Of a stretch of 49,221 nucleotides of DNA, positions 7,684 through 17,567 are shown in pieces. Numbering within the stretch: the stretch's first letter is position 1; the number at the start of each line of letters is the position of its first letter. Both the position numbers and the translations under genes were made by a program. Under the pieces are notes generated by a model. The model was not told the DNA's origin. It searched no databases and saw only the letters and a program-made list of their open reading frames with translations. The DNA is from Candidatus Aminicenantales bacterium (GTDB lineage Bacteria > Acidobacteriota > Aminicenantia > Aminicenantales > Saccharicenantaceae): assembly GCA_049512315.1 (NCBI GenBank), contig JBEKXF010000008.1, positions 62,001 through 111,221 on the forward strand, read 5' to 3'.

Positions 7684-9522
7684 TCAGGTCAGGGACCCGA
7701 ACTTTTCCGCCGCCTTGGCTTCCGCGGCCAGCCCGAGCCGTTCGAGCGTGGCCCGGGTCGGGATGCCGCGACGGTCGTAGCCGCGGATATCGTAGTAATG
7801 CAGGAGCAGCCCGTCGTACTTGTCATATTCGAGGTGCTGGCCGGCGATCGGTCCTTCCGTGTCGACGTTGGCCGGGTCGAACCAGACGGCCGGCGGGTAG
7901 TCGAGCTTCCGGTCGGTCTGGGGGTATTCCCTGAGCCAGAAAAGCTTGATCATGGCGTACACCCGGTCGGAGACCGTCCAGAAATCGTCCAGCGTCCAGT
8001 TGAGGCCGCTGACGGCGTTGAAATACTTCGGGTAGTTCTCGAGGCCCCAGCCGAGCTCGATCCAGGGGAAGCGGCAGGCCACGATGTACTCGAAGAGGCC
8101 GCCCCGGATCCGCTGAAGGTCGATAACTTTCTGGGCCTTCTCGGGTCCGTAGGACTCGCGGGAGGTCTGCTTGAGCTCAAAGGTGATGACCCAGGACTCC
8201 TTGTGATGGGCGCCGATCGGGCTGACCCCGAAGGCCAGGGCCATGCCCGGGATGAACTTGCAGTTATAGGCCGCGACTTCGAGGCCCTTGACCTGCATGG
8301 CGTAGGCTTCCGAGCCCTTGCCGATCTTCCTGGCAGCCCGGAGCGAGCCCTCGGCCAGGAGGTTGCCCACCTCGCCCTGACGAAGGGCGATGGCGGTCAG
8401 GATCTTCTTGAACTTCTCGGCCTCCCCGAACCTGATATCGCCGGCGACGGCGCCGTGGTCGACGGCGTCGGCGTAGAAGCTGAGGACGCAGCCGCCCGAC
8501 ATCGTGTCGATCCCGTAGTCGTCGCACATGTAGTTCAGGGCGGCGACCTGGGGCAGGTCGAAGATCTCCAGGTTGGGGCCGAGAAGCCCGACGTTCTCGT
8601 AGTCGAGCTCGGACTCGCGGCCTGCGTCGTCGTGGATGGTGATGCCGCAGCGCATGGTGCAGTTCGGGCAGCCGTAGGTGGCGATCCGGGCGTTGTTCAG
8701 CCTCTCACCGTCCACCTTCCAGGCGTCGGGATGGTGCGTTTTCCGGAAGTTCCGGACGGGGAGGGCCGCGACTTCGTTGCACCAGGCGAGGACCCCGGTC
8801 GTGCTCTGGATGGACCAGCCGGACTGCTTGTCGATCTCATGGACCTTCTTCAGGTCGTCATGGCCGAGCTTTTTCATCCCGGCCGGGTCCGCCTGGGGAA
8901 TAGGTTTCGTCCCCTTGGCGACGATGGCCTTGAGCCGCTTGGAGCCCATGACCGCGCCCATGCCGGGCCGGCCGCCCGCCCGGCCCTCCAGGCTGCGGAT
9001 GACGGCGTACCGGACCAGGTTCTCGCCGCCCTGGCCGATGTTGAGGACGCCGACCCCCTTGCCGTACTTGGCATAGATCCAGTCGTTCGTTGCATAGGTC
9101 CCTTTTCCCCAGACCTCATCGGCCGGGAGGAACTCGACCTTATCGTCCTCGATGTAGAGCATGGTCGGCCGGTCGGCCCGGCCCTCGACGATCAGGGCAT
9201 CGTAACCGCACCTGCGCAGGTGCTCGGTGATGCGGGTCCCGAGGTTGCCGTCTCCGTAGCCTCCCGTGATGGGGGACTTGGCGGCCACGACCGTTTTCCC
9301 TGTGTTCGGGGCGGGGATGCCGGCGATGGGGCCGACGGCCACGATGAGCTTGTTGTCGGGGCCCAGGGGATCGATGCCGGGCTTGAGCTCGTCGTAAAGG
9401 ATCTTGACGGCGAAACCGCGTCCGCCGATCCACTTGCGGGCGAATTCCTCGGAAAAGGTCTCGATCTTGGACGTTTTCGTCGTCAGGTTGACTCTCAGGA
9501 TCTGCCCGGTCCAGCCGTTCAT
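7684..9522 (-). CDS. aor: Aldehyde:ferredoxin oxidoreductase (tungstopterin family)
   Basis: GQILRVNLT, WIGGRG, KSPITGG, GMGAVMGSKRLKA, CPNC...C, DDYGIDT, VACRF, YYDIRGYD..GIP. Confidence 0.95.
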   Translation of the reverse strand: MNGWTGQILRVNLTTKTSKIETFSEEFARKWIGGRGFAVKILYDELKPGIDPLGPDNKLIVAVGPIAGIPAPNTGKTVVAAKSPITGGYGDGNLGTRITEHLRRCGYDALIVEGRADRPTMLYIEDDKVEFLPADEVWGKGTYATNDWIYAKYGKGVGVLNIGQGGENLVRYAVIRSLEGRAGGRPGMGAVMGSKRLKAIVAKGTKPIPQADPAGMKKLGHDDLKKVHEIDKQSGWSIQSTTGVLAWCNEVAALPVRNFRKTHHPDAWKVDGERLNNARIATYGCPNCTMRCGITIHDDAGRESELDYENVGLLGPNLEIFDLPQVAALNYMCDDYGIDTMSGGCVLSFYADAVDHGAVAGDIRFGEAEKFKKILTAIALRQGEVGNLLAEGSLRAARKIGKGSEAYAMQVKGLEVAAYNCKFIPGMALAFGVSPIGAHHKESWVITFELKQTSRESYGPEKAQKVIDLQRIRGGLFEYIVACRFPWIELGWGLENYPKYFNAVSGLNWTLDDFWTVSDRVYAMIKLFWLREYPQTDRKLDYPPAVWFDPANVDTEGPIAGQHLEYDKYDGLLLHYYDIRGYDRRGIPTRATLERLGLAAEAKAAEKFGSLT

Positions 9523-9558
9523 GATGAACTCCTCCGCGGATGGATGATTCCGCTTCCC

Positions 9559-9587
9559 ATCCTAAACGGACGGCCGGTTCGAGTCAA
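9559..9587 (-). promoter_or_regulatory. sigma70-type promoter of aor operon
   Basis: TTGACT-N17-TAGGAT on the minus strand; SD GGAGG before ATG 9522. Confidence 0.6.
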
Positions 9588-9699
9588 GGGGAATGCCTGG
9601 CCGTTTTCCCGTCTCGCGGGCCGAATGAGGGCGAAAAAAGCAGAAATTTCGTATAATAGAGTGGACCCGGGACCCAACTCGGTGAAAGGAGCTCACGAC

Positions 9700-9900
9700 A
9701 TGCCCAAGAAGCTTTATCGGTCCGTGACCCAGAAGATGCTGGGTGGAGTCTGCGGCGGCCTGGCCGAGTATTTCGACATGGACGTCTCGCTCGTCCGGCT
9801 GATCTTCGTCGCTGTCTGCCTGGTCACGGCTGTTTTGCCGATGACCCTCTTCTACATGATCGCCTGGATCGTTGTGCCCATGGAGAAGCCCAAGCCCTAG
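9700..9900 (+). CDS. pspC: PspC-domain membrane protein
   Basis: KKLYRS...MLGGVCGGLAEYF..D.SLVRL...YMIAWIVVP; SD AAGGAG. Confidence 0.92.
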   Translation: MPKKLYRSVTQKMLGGVCGGLAEYFDMDVSLVRLIFVAVCLVTAVLPMTLFYMIAWIVVPMEKPKP

Positions 9901-9918
9901 GGATGGGGGAATTTCCCG

Positions 9919-9947
9919 TTGACTTGCCGGACCTTATCCGGTATAAC
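9919..9947 (+). promoter_or_regulatory. sigma70-type promoter of kinase-pan genes
   Basis: TTGACT-N17-TATAAC. Confidence 0.65.
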
Positions 9948-9970
9948 CAAGGCGGTTTTCCGAGATGGGT

Positions 9971-10642
9971 ATGAAAAGCGCCCTTGAAATTCCGTTCAAG
10001 CACATCGCGATCGAGGGCGTTTTCAGGTCGCGGAAGACCCAGCTGGCCAATATCCTGGCCCAGCGGATCGGGGGCAAGGTCGTCTTCGACCACGTCGGCA
10101 ACCCCTATCTCAAGGATTTCTACAACGAGAAGGAAGGGTCGTCCTTCCTGACCCAGCTCGTCTTCCTGGCCAACCGCTACAACCAGCAGGTCCGCCTCCT
10201 CCAGAGGGACCTCTTCGTCGACCGGATCATCTGCGATTATCTCTTCGAAAAGGACAAGATCTACGCCTACCAGACCCTGTCGGACGACGAGCTCCTGGTC
10301 TACGAGAAGATCTACGGCATCCTCTCCGAGAGGGTCTCCAAGCCGGACCTCGTCATCTACCTCCAGATCTCCCTGTCCACGCTCGCCCGGCGGATCGCCA
10401 AGGAGGGCGACGCCCTCGAGAAAAACATCTCCGAAAAGTACCTCGAGGACATCGTCGAGGCCTTCGACTACTTTTTCTTCAACTATCAGGCGGCGCCGCT
10501 CCTGGTCATCAAGGCGGACGACCTCGATTTCAACCGCGAAGACGACGTCCAGGACCTGATCGGTCAGATCCGGGACATGAAAAAGAGCTCGCTCTATTAT
10601 GTCCCCCAGAGCTACGGAGGAAAAGGAGCGAAAAAAGGATAG
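9971..10642 (+). CDS. Deoxynucleoside kinase family protein (atypical P-loop)
   Basis: IAIEG....KT, NPYLKDFY, QLVFLANRY, DYLFEKDKIYA, KPDLVIYL; start 9965 or 9971. Confidence 0.85.
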   Translation: MKSALEIPFKHIAIEGVFRSRKTQLANILAQRIGGKVVFDHVGNPYLKDFYNEKEGSSFLTQLVFLANRYNQQVRLLQRDLFVDRIICDYLFEKDKIYAYQTLSDDELLVYEKIYGILSERVSKPDLVIYLQISLSTLARRIAKEGDALEKNISEKYLEDIVEAFDYFFFNYQAAPLLVIKADDLDFNREDDVQDLIGQIRDMKKSSLYYVPQSYGGKGAKKG

Positions 10643-10750
10643 GCGACGCGGCCCGGAGGCCTCCGGCCACGGAACCGGACTCACCGGACGGTGAATATGG
10701 ACTTTACCTCAATCCCGCGGCGGAGGCGGGATGGGGAGAAAGGACGGAAC

Positions 10751-11629
10751 ATGCCGGACCAGCCAGCAGTCAAAATCACGGTTCCCTTGATCATGGCTCG
10801 GAAAACCGCGGGCCCGAAGATCGTCTGCCTGACGGCCTACGATTTTCCCACAGCGAAGATCCTGGACGAGGCCGGGGTCGATCTAATCTTAGTCGGGGAT
10901 TCCCTGGGGATGGTCGTCCTCGGGTATGAGAACACGGTCCCGGTGACCATGGACGAGATGATCCACCATACGAAGGCCGTGACGCGGGCCGTGAAACGGG
11001 CCCTGGTCGTGGGCGATATGCCTTATTTCTCGTTCCACCTGAGCACCGACGAAACCATCCGTAACGCCTCTCGCTTCCTCAAGGAGGCTGGGGCTTCTGC
11101 GGTTAAGATCGAGGGGGCCTCAAAAAAGAGGCTGAAGATCGTGAGAGCCATGGTTGAGGCGGAGATCCCGGTCATGGGCCACGTCGGCCTGACCCCGCAG
11201 TCGATCCACCGCCTGGGGCAGTACAGGGTCAAGGGAGCGGCATCGGAAGAAGCCCGAATGATCATCGACGGGGCCAGGGGATTGGAGAAAGCCGGGGCGT
11301 TCTCGGTCGTCCTCGAGTCCGTGCCCATGGAGGTCGCGAAGATCGTCACGGACGAGGTCGGGATCCCCACGATCGGGATCGGGGCCGGGCCGGCCTGCGA
11401 CGGCCAGGTCCTCGTTTTCCACGATCTGGTCGGCTATTCGAGCGGGTATCTCCCGAAATTCGTCCGGAAATACGCCGACCTCCATGGGACGATCAGCCGG
11501 GCGGTCGGCTCTTACGCCGCCGATGTCAGGGCCGGCCGGTTTCCGGACGACCGGACGTCCTACCATCTCAAGCCGGAAGCGGCCTCGGAGATCGCCCCCC
11601 GGAAGGGCAGGGAAGGGCGGGCGAAATGA
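10751..11629 (+). CDS. panB: 3-methyl-2-oxobutanoate hydroxymethyltransferase
   Basis: LTAYD, LVGDSLGM, GHVGLTPQS, GIGAG..CDGQVLV. Confidence 0.97.
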   Translation: MPDQPAVKITVPLIMARKTAGPKIVCLTAYDFPTAKILDEAGVDLILVGDSLGMVVLGYENTVPVTMDEMIHHTKAVTRAVKRALVVGDMPYFSFHLSTDETIRNASRFLKEAGASAVKIEGASKKRLKIVRAMVEAEIPVMGHVGLTPQSIHRLGQYRVKGAASEEARMIIDGARGLEKAGAFSVVLESVPMEVAKIVTDEVGIPTIGIGAGPACDGQVLVFHDLVGYSSGYLPKFVRKYADLHGTISRAVGSYAADVRAGRFPDDRTSYHLKPEAASEIAPRKGREGRAK

Positions 11630-12471
11630 TCACGGTCAAGACCGTCGGCGAGATGAAGAGTCTCGTCCGGCGGTGGAAAATGGACAAGAAGAGGATCGGC
11701 CTCGTCCCGACCATGGGCTATCTCCACGAGGGGCACCTCAGCCTCGTCCGGGAGTCCAAGAAGCGGACCGGCGTCACAGTCGTCAGCATCTTCGTCAACC
11801 CCGCCCAGTTCGGGCCCGGGGAGGACTTCAATAAATACCCGCGAGACCTCGTGAAGGACTCGGCGTTCCTGGAGAGCGGGGGCGTCGACTGCCTCTTTTA
11901 CCCCGACGCAGGCGACATCTATCCCCCCGGCTTTAGAACCTACGTCGAGGTCCACGGCCTCCAGGACCGGCTCTGCGGAAAGTCCAGGCCCGGCCATTTC
12001 CGGGGAGTGGCGACCGTTGTCCTCAAGCTCTTCAACATCGTCAGCCCCGACCTCGCTTTTTTCGGCGCGAAGGACGCCCAGCAGGTCTTGATCATCAAGA
12101 GGATGGCCGCCGATCTCGATCTGGATGTCGAGGTCGTGACCTATCCGATCGTCCGCGAGCCCGAGGGGCTGGCTTTGAGTTCAAGGAACACCTACTTGTC
12201 TCCTGACGAACGGCGGGCGGCCCTCGTCCTCTCCAGGAGCCTTTGGCAAGCGGAGAGTGCGATACGGACAGGGGAGAGGGACACAGAAAAGGTGATCGCC
12301 GGCATCCGGTCCATGATCGAAGCCGAGCCGCACGCGCGCATCGATTACGTCGAAGCCGTCGACCCGGCGAATCTCGAGCCGGTTGTCGAGATCCGGGGCG
12401 ATGTCCTCATCGCCCTGGCCGTCTTCATCGGCTCGACCCGCCTCATCGACAACATCCGCGTTCGCGTCTGA
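11626..12471 (+). CDS. panC: Pantoate--beta-alanine ligase
   Basis: VPTMGYLHEGH, SIFVNPAQF, RPGHFRGV, GLALSSRN, RLIDN. Confidence 0.97.
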   Translation: MITVKTVGEMKSLVRRWKMDKKRIGLVPTMGYLHEGHLSLVRESKKRTGVTVVSIFVNPAQFGPGEDFNKYPRDLVKDSAFLESGGVDCLFYPDAGDIYPPGFRTYVEVHGLQDRLCGKSRPGHFRGVATVVLKLFNIVSPDLAFFGAKDAQQVLIIKRMAADLDLDVEVVTYPIVREPEGLALSSRNTYLSPDERRAALVLSRSLWQAESAIRTGERDTEKVIAGIRSMIEAEPHARIDYVEAVDPANLEPVVEIRGDVLIALAVFIGSTRLIDNIRVRV

Positions 12472-12483
12472 GGAGAACCCCCC

Positions 12484-12840
12484 ATGATCAGAGCTTTTCT
12501 GCGTTCGAAAATCCATCGGGCCACCGTGACCCACGTCGACGTCGAATACGAAGGGAGCCTGTCCCTGGACGAGGACCTGATGAAGGTCGCCGGCCTCGCG
12601 CCTTACGAGAGGATCGATGTCTGGAACGTTGCCAACGGCGAGCGTTTTTCAACCTACATCATCCAGGGGAAAAAGGGATCCCGCCAGGTCGGGGTCTACG
12701 GCGCCGCCGGCCGCAAGGTCCGGGTCGGCGACACGATCATCATCGCCGCCTACGCCTATCTCGAGGACTCCGAGGTCGAGTTTTTCACTCCGAAGATCGT
12801 GGTCCTCGAGGAAGGGAACAGGGTCAAAGAGGTCCGCTGA
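12484..12840 (+). CDS. panD: Aspartate 1-decarboxylase
   Basis: KIHRATVT...YEGS pyruvoyl cleavage site, NGERFSTY; after panC. Confidence 0.95.
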   Translation: MIRAFLRSKIHRATVTHVDVEYEGSLSLDEDLMKVAGLAPYERIDVWNVANGERFSTYIIQGKKGSRQVGVYGAAGRKVRVGDTIIIAAYAYLEDSEVEFFTPKIVVLEEGNRVKEVR

Positions 12841-12855
12841 GGAGCGGCCCCCAGT

Positions 12856-13275
12856 CTATTCGAGGGCCCCGCCGCGCAGGAAAAAGTAGCCCGCCGTGAT
12901 CAGGAAAATGACCACGGTCAGAGTGAAGATGGCCATCCCCAGCCCGGGCGCGTATTTCAGGAACTGCTTGTAGACGCGGACGACGAGGAGCTTGAGGATG
13001 ACGAGGGCCAGGAGAAGGGCCGCCAGGACGAAGTGAATGACCGCCCTCACGGAGATCCCCTCGCCAAGGTCGGCCAGAAAAGTGGCCCCGAAATAGATGA
13101 GGGGGACGAGCAGGACGAGGTAGGCGAACCCGGCGGCGCGATGGAGCCTGCGGAGCTTCACGGGATCGGCTTTCCGCTCCGCCTTTCCCATCACCGCCAT
13201 CATGCTGAGGAAGGACGTCAGGCCAACCCCCAGGAAAACCGTGGCGATCAGAGTCTTTAAAAGGTAGCTGGACAT
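12856..13275 (-). CDS. Four-TM membrane protein with conserved His (DUF6529/cytochrome b-like)
   Basis: Hydrophobic helices, LHRAAG and IHFVLA...LKLLVVR; SD AAGGAGG. Confidence 0.65.
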   Translation of the reverse strand: MSSYLLKTLIATVFLGVGLTSFLSMMAVMGKAERKADPVKLRRLHRAAGFAYLVLLVPLIYFGATFLADLGEGISVRAVIHFVLAALLLALVILKLLVVRVYKQFLKYAPGLGMAIFTLTVVIFLITAGYFFLRGGALE

Positions 13276-13341
13276 GCCCGCCCCTCCTTCCGGTTCGTTG
13301 CCGCGTTCCTGCGCCCCGGGCCGGACGCGGATATCCTCATC

Positions 13342-14808
13342 TCAATCGAGATGGTAGTTCGGGGCCTCCTGGGTGATGACCACGTCGTGGACGTGGCTTT
13401 CCTTGAGGCTGGCCTGGGTGATCTTGATGAACTTGGCCCGCTCCTTGAGCTCGTCGATGGTCCGGCAGCCGGCGTAACCCATGCCCGCCTTGAGGCCGCC
13501 CACGAGCATCTGGACGATGGCCATGGCGCTGCCCTTGTACGGGACGCGGCCCTCGATCCCCTCGGGGACGAGCTTGTTCGTGCCGGCCTGGAGGTCCTGC
13601 ATGTAGCGGTCGCTGCTTTTCCCTTCCTTCATGACCGAGAGGGACCCCATGCCCCGGTAGATCTTGTAGGCCCGGCCCTGGTACATGACGACCTCGCCGG
13701 GGGACTCCTCCGTGCCCGCCAGCAGGTTGCCGAGCATGACGGTGTCCGCGCCGGCCGCGATGGCCTTGGTGATGTCCCCGGAATACTTGATCCCGCCGTC
13801 GGCGATGAGGGGGATGGCGGCCTTGCTCGTGACCTTGTAGACGTCGGCGATGGCCGTGACTTGGGGGATCCCGGCTCCCGTGATGATCCGGGTCGTGCAG
13901 ATGCTCCCGGGGCCGACGCCGACCTTGACCGCGTCGACGCCGAGGTCGATGAGCTCTTCGGCCGCCCGGGCCGTCCCGATGTTGCCGGCGATGAGCCCCT
14001 GGCCCGGGAACTCCCTCCGCAGCAGCTTGACGGTCTCCAGGACCCTCTCGGAGTGGCCGTGGGCGTTGTCGATGACGAGGACGTCGCACTTGGCGGCGAC
14101 CAGGGCCCGGGCCCGGTCGAGCCGGTCGGCCCCGACGCCGACGGCCGCGCCGACCCTCAGCCGGCCCAGGCCGTCCTTGGCCGCGTCGGGATATTGGATC
14201 TTCTTCAGGATGTCCTTGTACGTGATGAGCCCCTTGAGATGGAAGGTCTCGTCGACGACGAGGAGTTTTTCGATCTTGTGCTGATGGAAGACCTTTTCGG
14301 CGTCCTCGAACGACGTCCCCACGGGGACGGTCACGAGGTTCTTGGTCATGATCTTTTCGATGGGCAGGTTGAGCCGGCTCTCGAACCGGATGTCCCGGTT
14401 GGTCAGGATGCCGACGAGCTTATTAGTCTCGTCCGTGATGGGCAGCCCCGAGATCCGGTGCTCGCGCATGACCTCGAGGGCCTTGCTGATCTTGTCCTGG
14501 GGGCGGAGGGTGATGGGCTCGACGATCATCCCGCTCTCGTGACGCTTGACCTTGTCCACCTCCTCGGCCTGGGCTTCGATCGACAGGTTGCGGTGGATGA
14601 ATCCGATCCCGCCCTGCTGGGCGAGGGCGATGGCCATTCGGGACATGGTCACGGTGTCCATGGCCGAGCTGACGACCGGGATGTGGAGCGGGATGTTGCG
14701 GCAGAGCCTCGTCGCGACGCGGGCGTCGGCGGGGATGACGCCGGACCTGTCCGGAACGATGAGAACGTCATCGAACGTCAGGGCTTCACGGATCTTTTCT
14801 TCGAGCAT
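13342..14808 (-). CDS. guaB: IMP dehydrogenase (with CBS pair)
   Basis: [42 protein letters not shown]. Confidence 0.98.
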   Translation of the reverse strand: MLEEKIREALTFDDVLIVPDRSGVIPADARVATRLCRNIPLHIPVVSSAMDTVTMSRMAIALAQQGGIGFIHRNLSIEAQAEEVDKVKRHESGMIVEPITLRPQDKISKALEVMREHRISGLPITDETNKLVGILTNRDIRFESRLNLPIEKIMTKNLVTVPVGTSFEDAEKVFHQHKIEKLLVVDETFHLKGLITYKDILKKIQYPDAAKDGLGRLRVGAAVGVGADRLDRARALVAAKCDVLVIDNAHGHSERVLETVKLLRREFPGQGLIAGNIGTARAAEELIDLGVDAVKVGVGPGSICTTRIITGAGIPQVTAIADVYKVTSKAAIPLIADGGIKYSGDITKAIAAGADTVMLGNLLAGTEESPGEVVMYQGRAYKIYRGMGSLSVMKEGKSSDRYMQDLQAGTNKLVPEGIEGRVPYKGSAMAIVQMLVGGLKAGMGYAGCRTIDELKERAKFIKITQASLKESHVHDVVITQEAPNYHLD

Positions 14809-14821
14809 GGTCTCTCCTCCC

Positions 14822-17413
14822 TCACCGTTTCTTCCGCTTGCCGGGGATCATGGACCGGGCCTGCCTGGCCCTCTGCCCGGACGGGCCCTGGGGCTGCTGG
14901 TAATAGACCGGGGCCTGCCGCCGTTCCGGGACCGGCTGCTCGAGGACGGGCTGGATCAGGAAGAGGTAGCGGACGGCGTCCTCCTCGATCCGGTCGAGCA
15001 TGGACTGGAACATCTCGAAGCTCTCCTTCTTGTATTCGATCAGGGGGTCCCGCTGCCCGTAGCCGCGGAGGCCGATGCCCTCCTTCAGGTGGTCCATCTC
15101 GAGGAGGTGATCCTTCCATTGGGAATCGATGACCTGGAGGAGGATCATTCGCTCGAATTCCCGCATGAACGGCCCCAGAGTTTTCTCTTTTTCCTCGTAG
15201 AGGGCGCGGAGGGCGTTGACGAGCGTTTCCTGGAGCCCTTCGTGGACGACCACCGCCCAGTCGATCTTGAGCGATTCCGTGTTGAGCCCGAACTGGGCCA
15301 GGACCGCTTTGGCCAGGGCTTCACGGTCCCAATCGTCGGGCGATTTTTCCTTGTTGGCGTAGCTGTCGAGCATCCATTCGATGAGAGTGTCGATGAGGTT
15401 GAAGAAGTACTCCCTCAGGTCCTTCCCCTGGAGGATCTCCTTCCGCTGGGTGTAGATCGTCTCCCTCTGCTTGTTCATGACGTCGTCGTACTCGAGGAGG
15501 TGCTTGCGGATGGTGAAGTTCTGGCCTTCGACCTGTTTCTGGGCGCGCTCGATGGCCCGGGTGATCATCCGGTGCTCGATGGGGACGCCCTCGCCCATGC
15601 CGATCCTAGCCATCAGGCCCGAGATGCGCTCGCTACCGAAGATCCGCATCAGGTCGTCCTCGAGGGACATATAGAAGCGCGATGAGCCCGGGTCGCCCTG
15701 ACGGCCGGCCCGGCCCCGGAGTTGATTGTCGATCCGGCGCGATTCGTGGCGCTCGGTGCCGATGACGTGGAGCCCGGTGAGGGCGACGACCTTCTCGTGC
15801 TCCTCCTGGGTCGTTTTGGCGACGTCGGCCGTGACTTTCTCGAGCTGCTCGGGCGTCGCTTTGGCCGGGTCGATGCCGGATTTCTTGAGCTGCTCGCGGG
15901 CCAGGTATTCCGGGTTCCCGCCGAGGAGGATGTCCACGCCGCGGCCGGCCATGTTGGTGGCGATGGTCACGGCCCCGAGCCGCCCGGCCTGGGCGATGAT
16001 CTGGGCCTCCATCTCGTGGTACTTGGCGTTGAGGACGACGTGCCGGACGTTCTTCTTGTGGAGGATATTGCTCAGGTGCTCGGACTTCTCGATCGAGATC
16101 GTCCCGACCAGGACGGGCCGGCCCTTCTCGTTGCTCTCGGTGATCTCCTGGGCGACGGCCTCCCATTTCTCCTTGGCGGTCCGGTAGATGATGTCGGTAT
16201 ACTCGTAGCGGATGAGGGTCTTGTTCGTCGGGATCTCGAGGACGTCGAGGCCGTAGATGTGCGCGAACTCCTCGGCCTCGGTGGCCGCGGTGCCCGTCAT
16301 GCCGGCCAGCTTCTTGTACATCCGGAAATAGTTCTGGAAGGTGATCTGGGCCAGGGTCTGGTACTCCTCCTCGACCCGGACGCGTTCTTTGGCTTCCAGG
16401 GCCTGGTGGAGCCCGTCGCTGTAGCGGCGGCCGGGCATCAGGCGCCCCGTGAACTCGTCGACGATGACGACCTTGCCGTCCTGGATCATGTAATCGACAT
16501 CGCGCTTGAAAAGGTGGTGGGCCTTGAGGGAGGTGTTGACGGCGTGGACGAGGTCCATGTTGGAGAGGTCGTAGAGATTGGTGACGCCCAGGATGCGCTC
16601 CGCCTCGGTGACGCCCTCCTCGATGATGGAGACAGTCCGGGTTTTCTCGTCGACCGTGAAGTGCTTGTCTTTGTGGAGACGGCGGACGAGGCTGTCGACC
16701 TTGTAGTAAAGCGCCGTCGATTCCTGGGTCGGCCCCGAAATGATAAGCGGTGTCCTGGCCTCGTCGATGAGGATCGAGTCCACCTCGTCGACGATGGCGT
16801 AGTTGAACTCGCGTTGGACGAGGTCGGAGAGCCGGAACTTCATGTTGTCCCGGAGATAATCGAAACCGAACTCGTTGTTCGTGCCGTAGGTGATGTCCGC
16901 GCGGTAGGCGGCATGACGCTCGGCGTCGCCCAGGTCGTGCTGGATCGTCCCGACCGTCAGGCCGAGGAACCGGTAGATCGCGCCCATCCATTCCGTGTCG
17001 CGCTTGGCCAGGTAATCGTTGACGGTGACGATGTGGACGCCCTTGCCGCCGAGGGCGTTGAGGTAGGCGGGGAGAGTCGCGACCAGCGTTTTTCCTTCAC
17101 CGGTCTTCATCTCGGCGATCTTTCCCTGGTGGAGGACGACTCCGCCGACGAGCTGGACGTCGAAGTGGCGCATTTGGGTCGTCCGGCGGGAGGCCTCGCG
17201 GACGACGGCGAAGGCCTCGACGAGGATGTCGTCGAGGGAGGCGCCCTGGGCGAGCTTCTCCCGGAATTCCGCGGTCTTGGCCAGAAGTTCCGCGTCGGAA
17301 AGGGGCTGGATGCGGTGTTCGAGGTCGTTGGCGGCCGCGACGAGCGGCTGGATCCTCTTCAGGGTCCGTTCGGCATAGCTCCCGAAGAGCTTGCGGGAAA
17401 TCCACTTGTACAT
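14822..17413 (-). CDS. secA: Preprotein translocase ATPase SecA
   Basis: [61 protein letters not shown]. Confidence 0.98.
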   Translation of the reverse strand: MYKWISRKLFGSYAERTLKRIQPLVAAANDLEHRIQPLSDAELLAKTAEFREKLAQGASLDDILVEAFAVVREASRRTTQMRHFDVQLVGGVVLHQGKIAEMKTGEGKTLVATLPAYLNALGGKGVHIVTVNDYLAKRDTEWMGAIYRFLGLTVGTIQHDLGDAERHAAYRADITYGTNNEFGFDYLRDNMKFRLSDLVQREFNYAIVDEVDSILIDEARTPLIISGPTQESTALYYKVDSLVRRLHKDKHFTVDEKTRTVSIIEEGVTEAERILGVTNLYDLSNMDLVHAVNTSLKAHHLFKRDVDYMIQDGKVVIVDEFTGRLMPGRRYSDGLHQALEAKERVRVEEEYQTLAQITFQNYFRMYKKLAGMTGTAATEAEEFAHIYGLDVLEIPTNKTLIRYEYTDIIYRTAKEKWEAVAQEITESNEKGRPVLVGTISIEKSEHLSNILHKKNVRHVVLNAKYHEMEAQIIAQAGRLGAVTIATNMAGRGVDILLGGNPEYLAREQLKKSGIDPAKATPEQLEKVTADVAKTTQEEHEKVVALTGLHVIGTERHESRRIDNQLRGRAGRQGDPGSSRFYMSLEDDLMRIFGSERISGLMARIGMGEGVPIEHRMITRAIERAQKQVEGQNFTIRKHLLEYDDVMNKQRETIYTQRKEILQGKDLREYFFNLIDTLIEWMLDSYANKEKSPDDWDREALAKAVLAQFGLNTESLKIDWAVVVHEGLQETLVNALRALYEEKEKTLGPFMREFERMILLQVIDSQWKDHLLEMDHLKEGIGLRGYGQRDPLIEYKKESFEMFQSMLDRIEEDAVRYLFLIQPVLEQPVPERRQAPVYYQQPQGPSGQRARQARSMIPGKRKKR

Positions 17414-17420
17414 TTACTAT

Positions 17421-17449
17421 CTTTTATCAGAAACCCCCCCGGAAGTCAA
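17421..17449 (-). promoter_or_regulatory. secA promoter, probably leaderless
   Basis: TTGACT-N17-TAAAAG (extended TG) ending 7 nt before the ATG; no SD. Confidence 0.55.
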
Positions 17450-17468
17450 TTTGCCGGACGCCGCTCCC

Positions 17469-17497
17469 TTGACCGCGGCCCCGGGCGGGGATATAGT
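17469..17497 (+). promoter_or_regulatory. sigma70-type promoter
   Basis: TTGACC-N17-TATAGT upstream of the 17568 gene. Confidence 0.55.
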
Positions 17498-17567
17498 CAT
17501 TTCAGGATGCAAAAAGCCCTCCTGGCTGGCGCGCAAGCTTCATCAATCTTGAATAAGGAGAAGACCC

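Noticed and set aside
9523..9660. Second Moco/Tuco riboswitch before aor
   Set aside because: Promoter sits about 36 nt from the ATG and no motif blocks are present
7654..9699. 748-aa plus-strand ORF ending in PspC
   Set aside because: Antisense shadow of aor in GC-rich DNA; only 9700-9900 has an SD and homology
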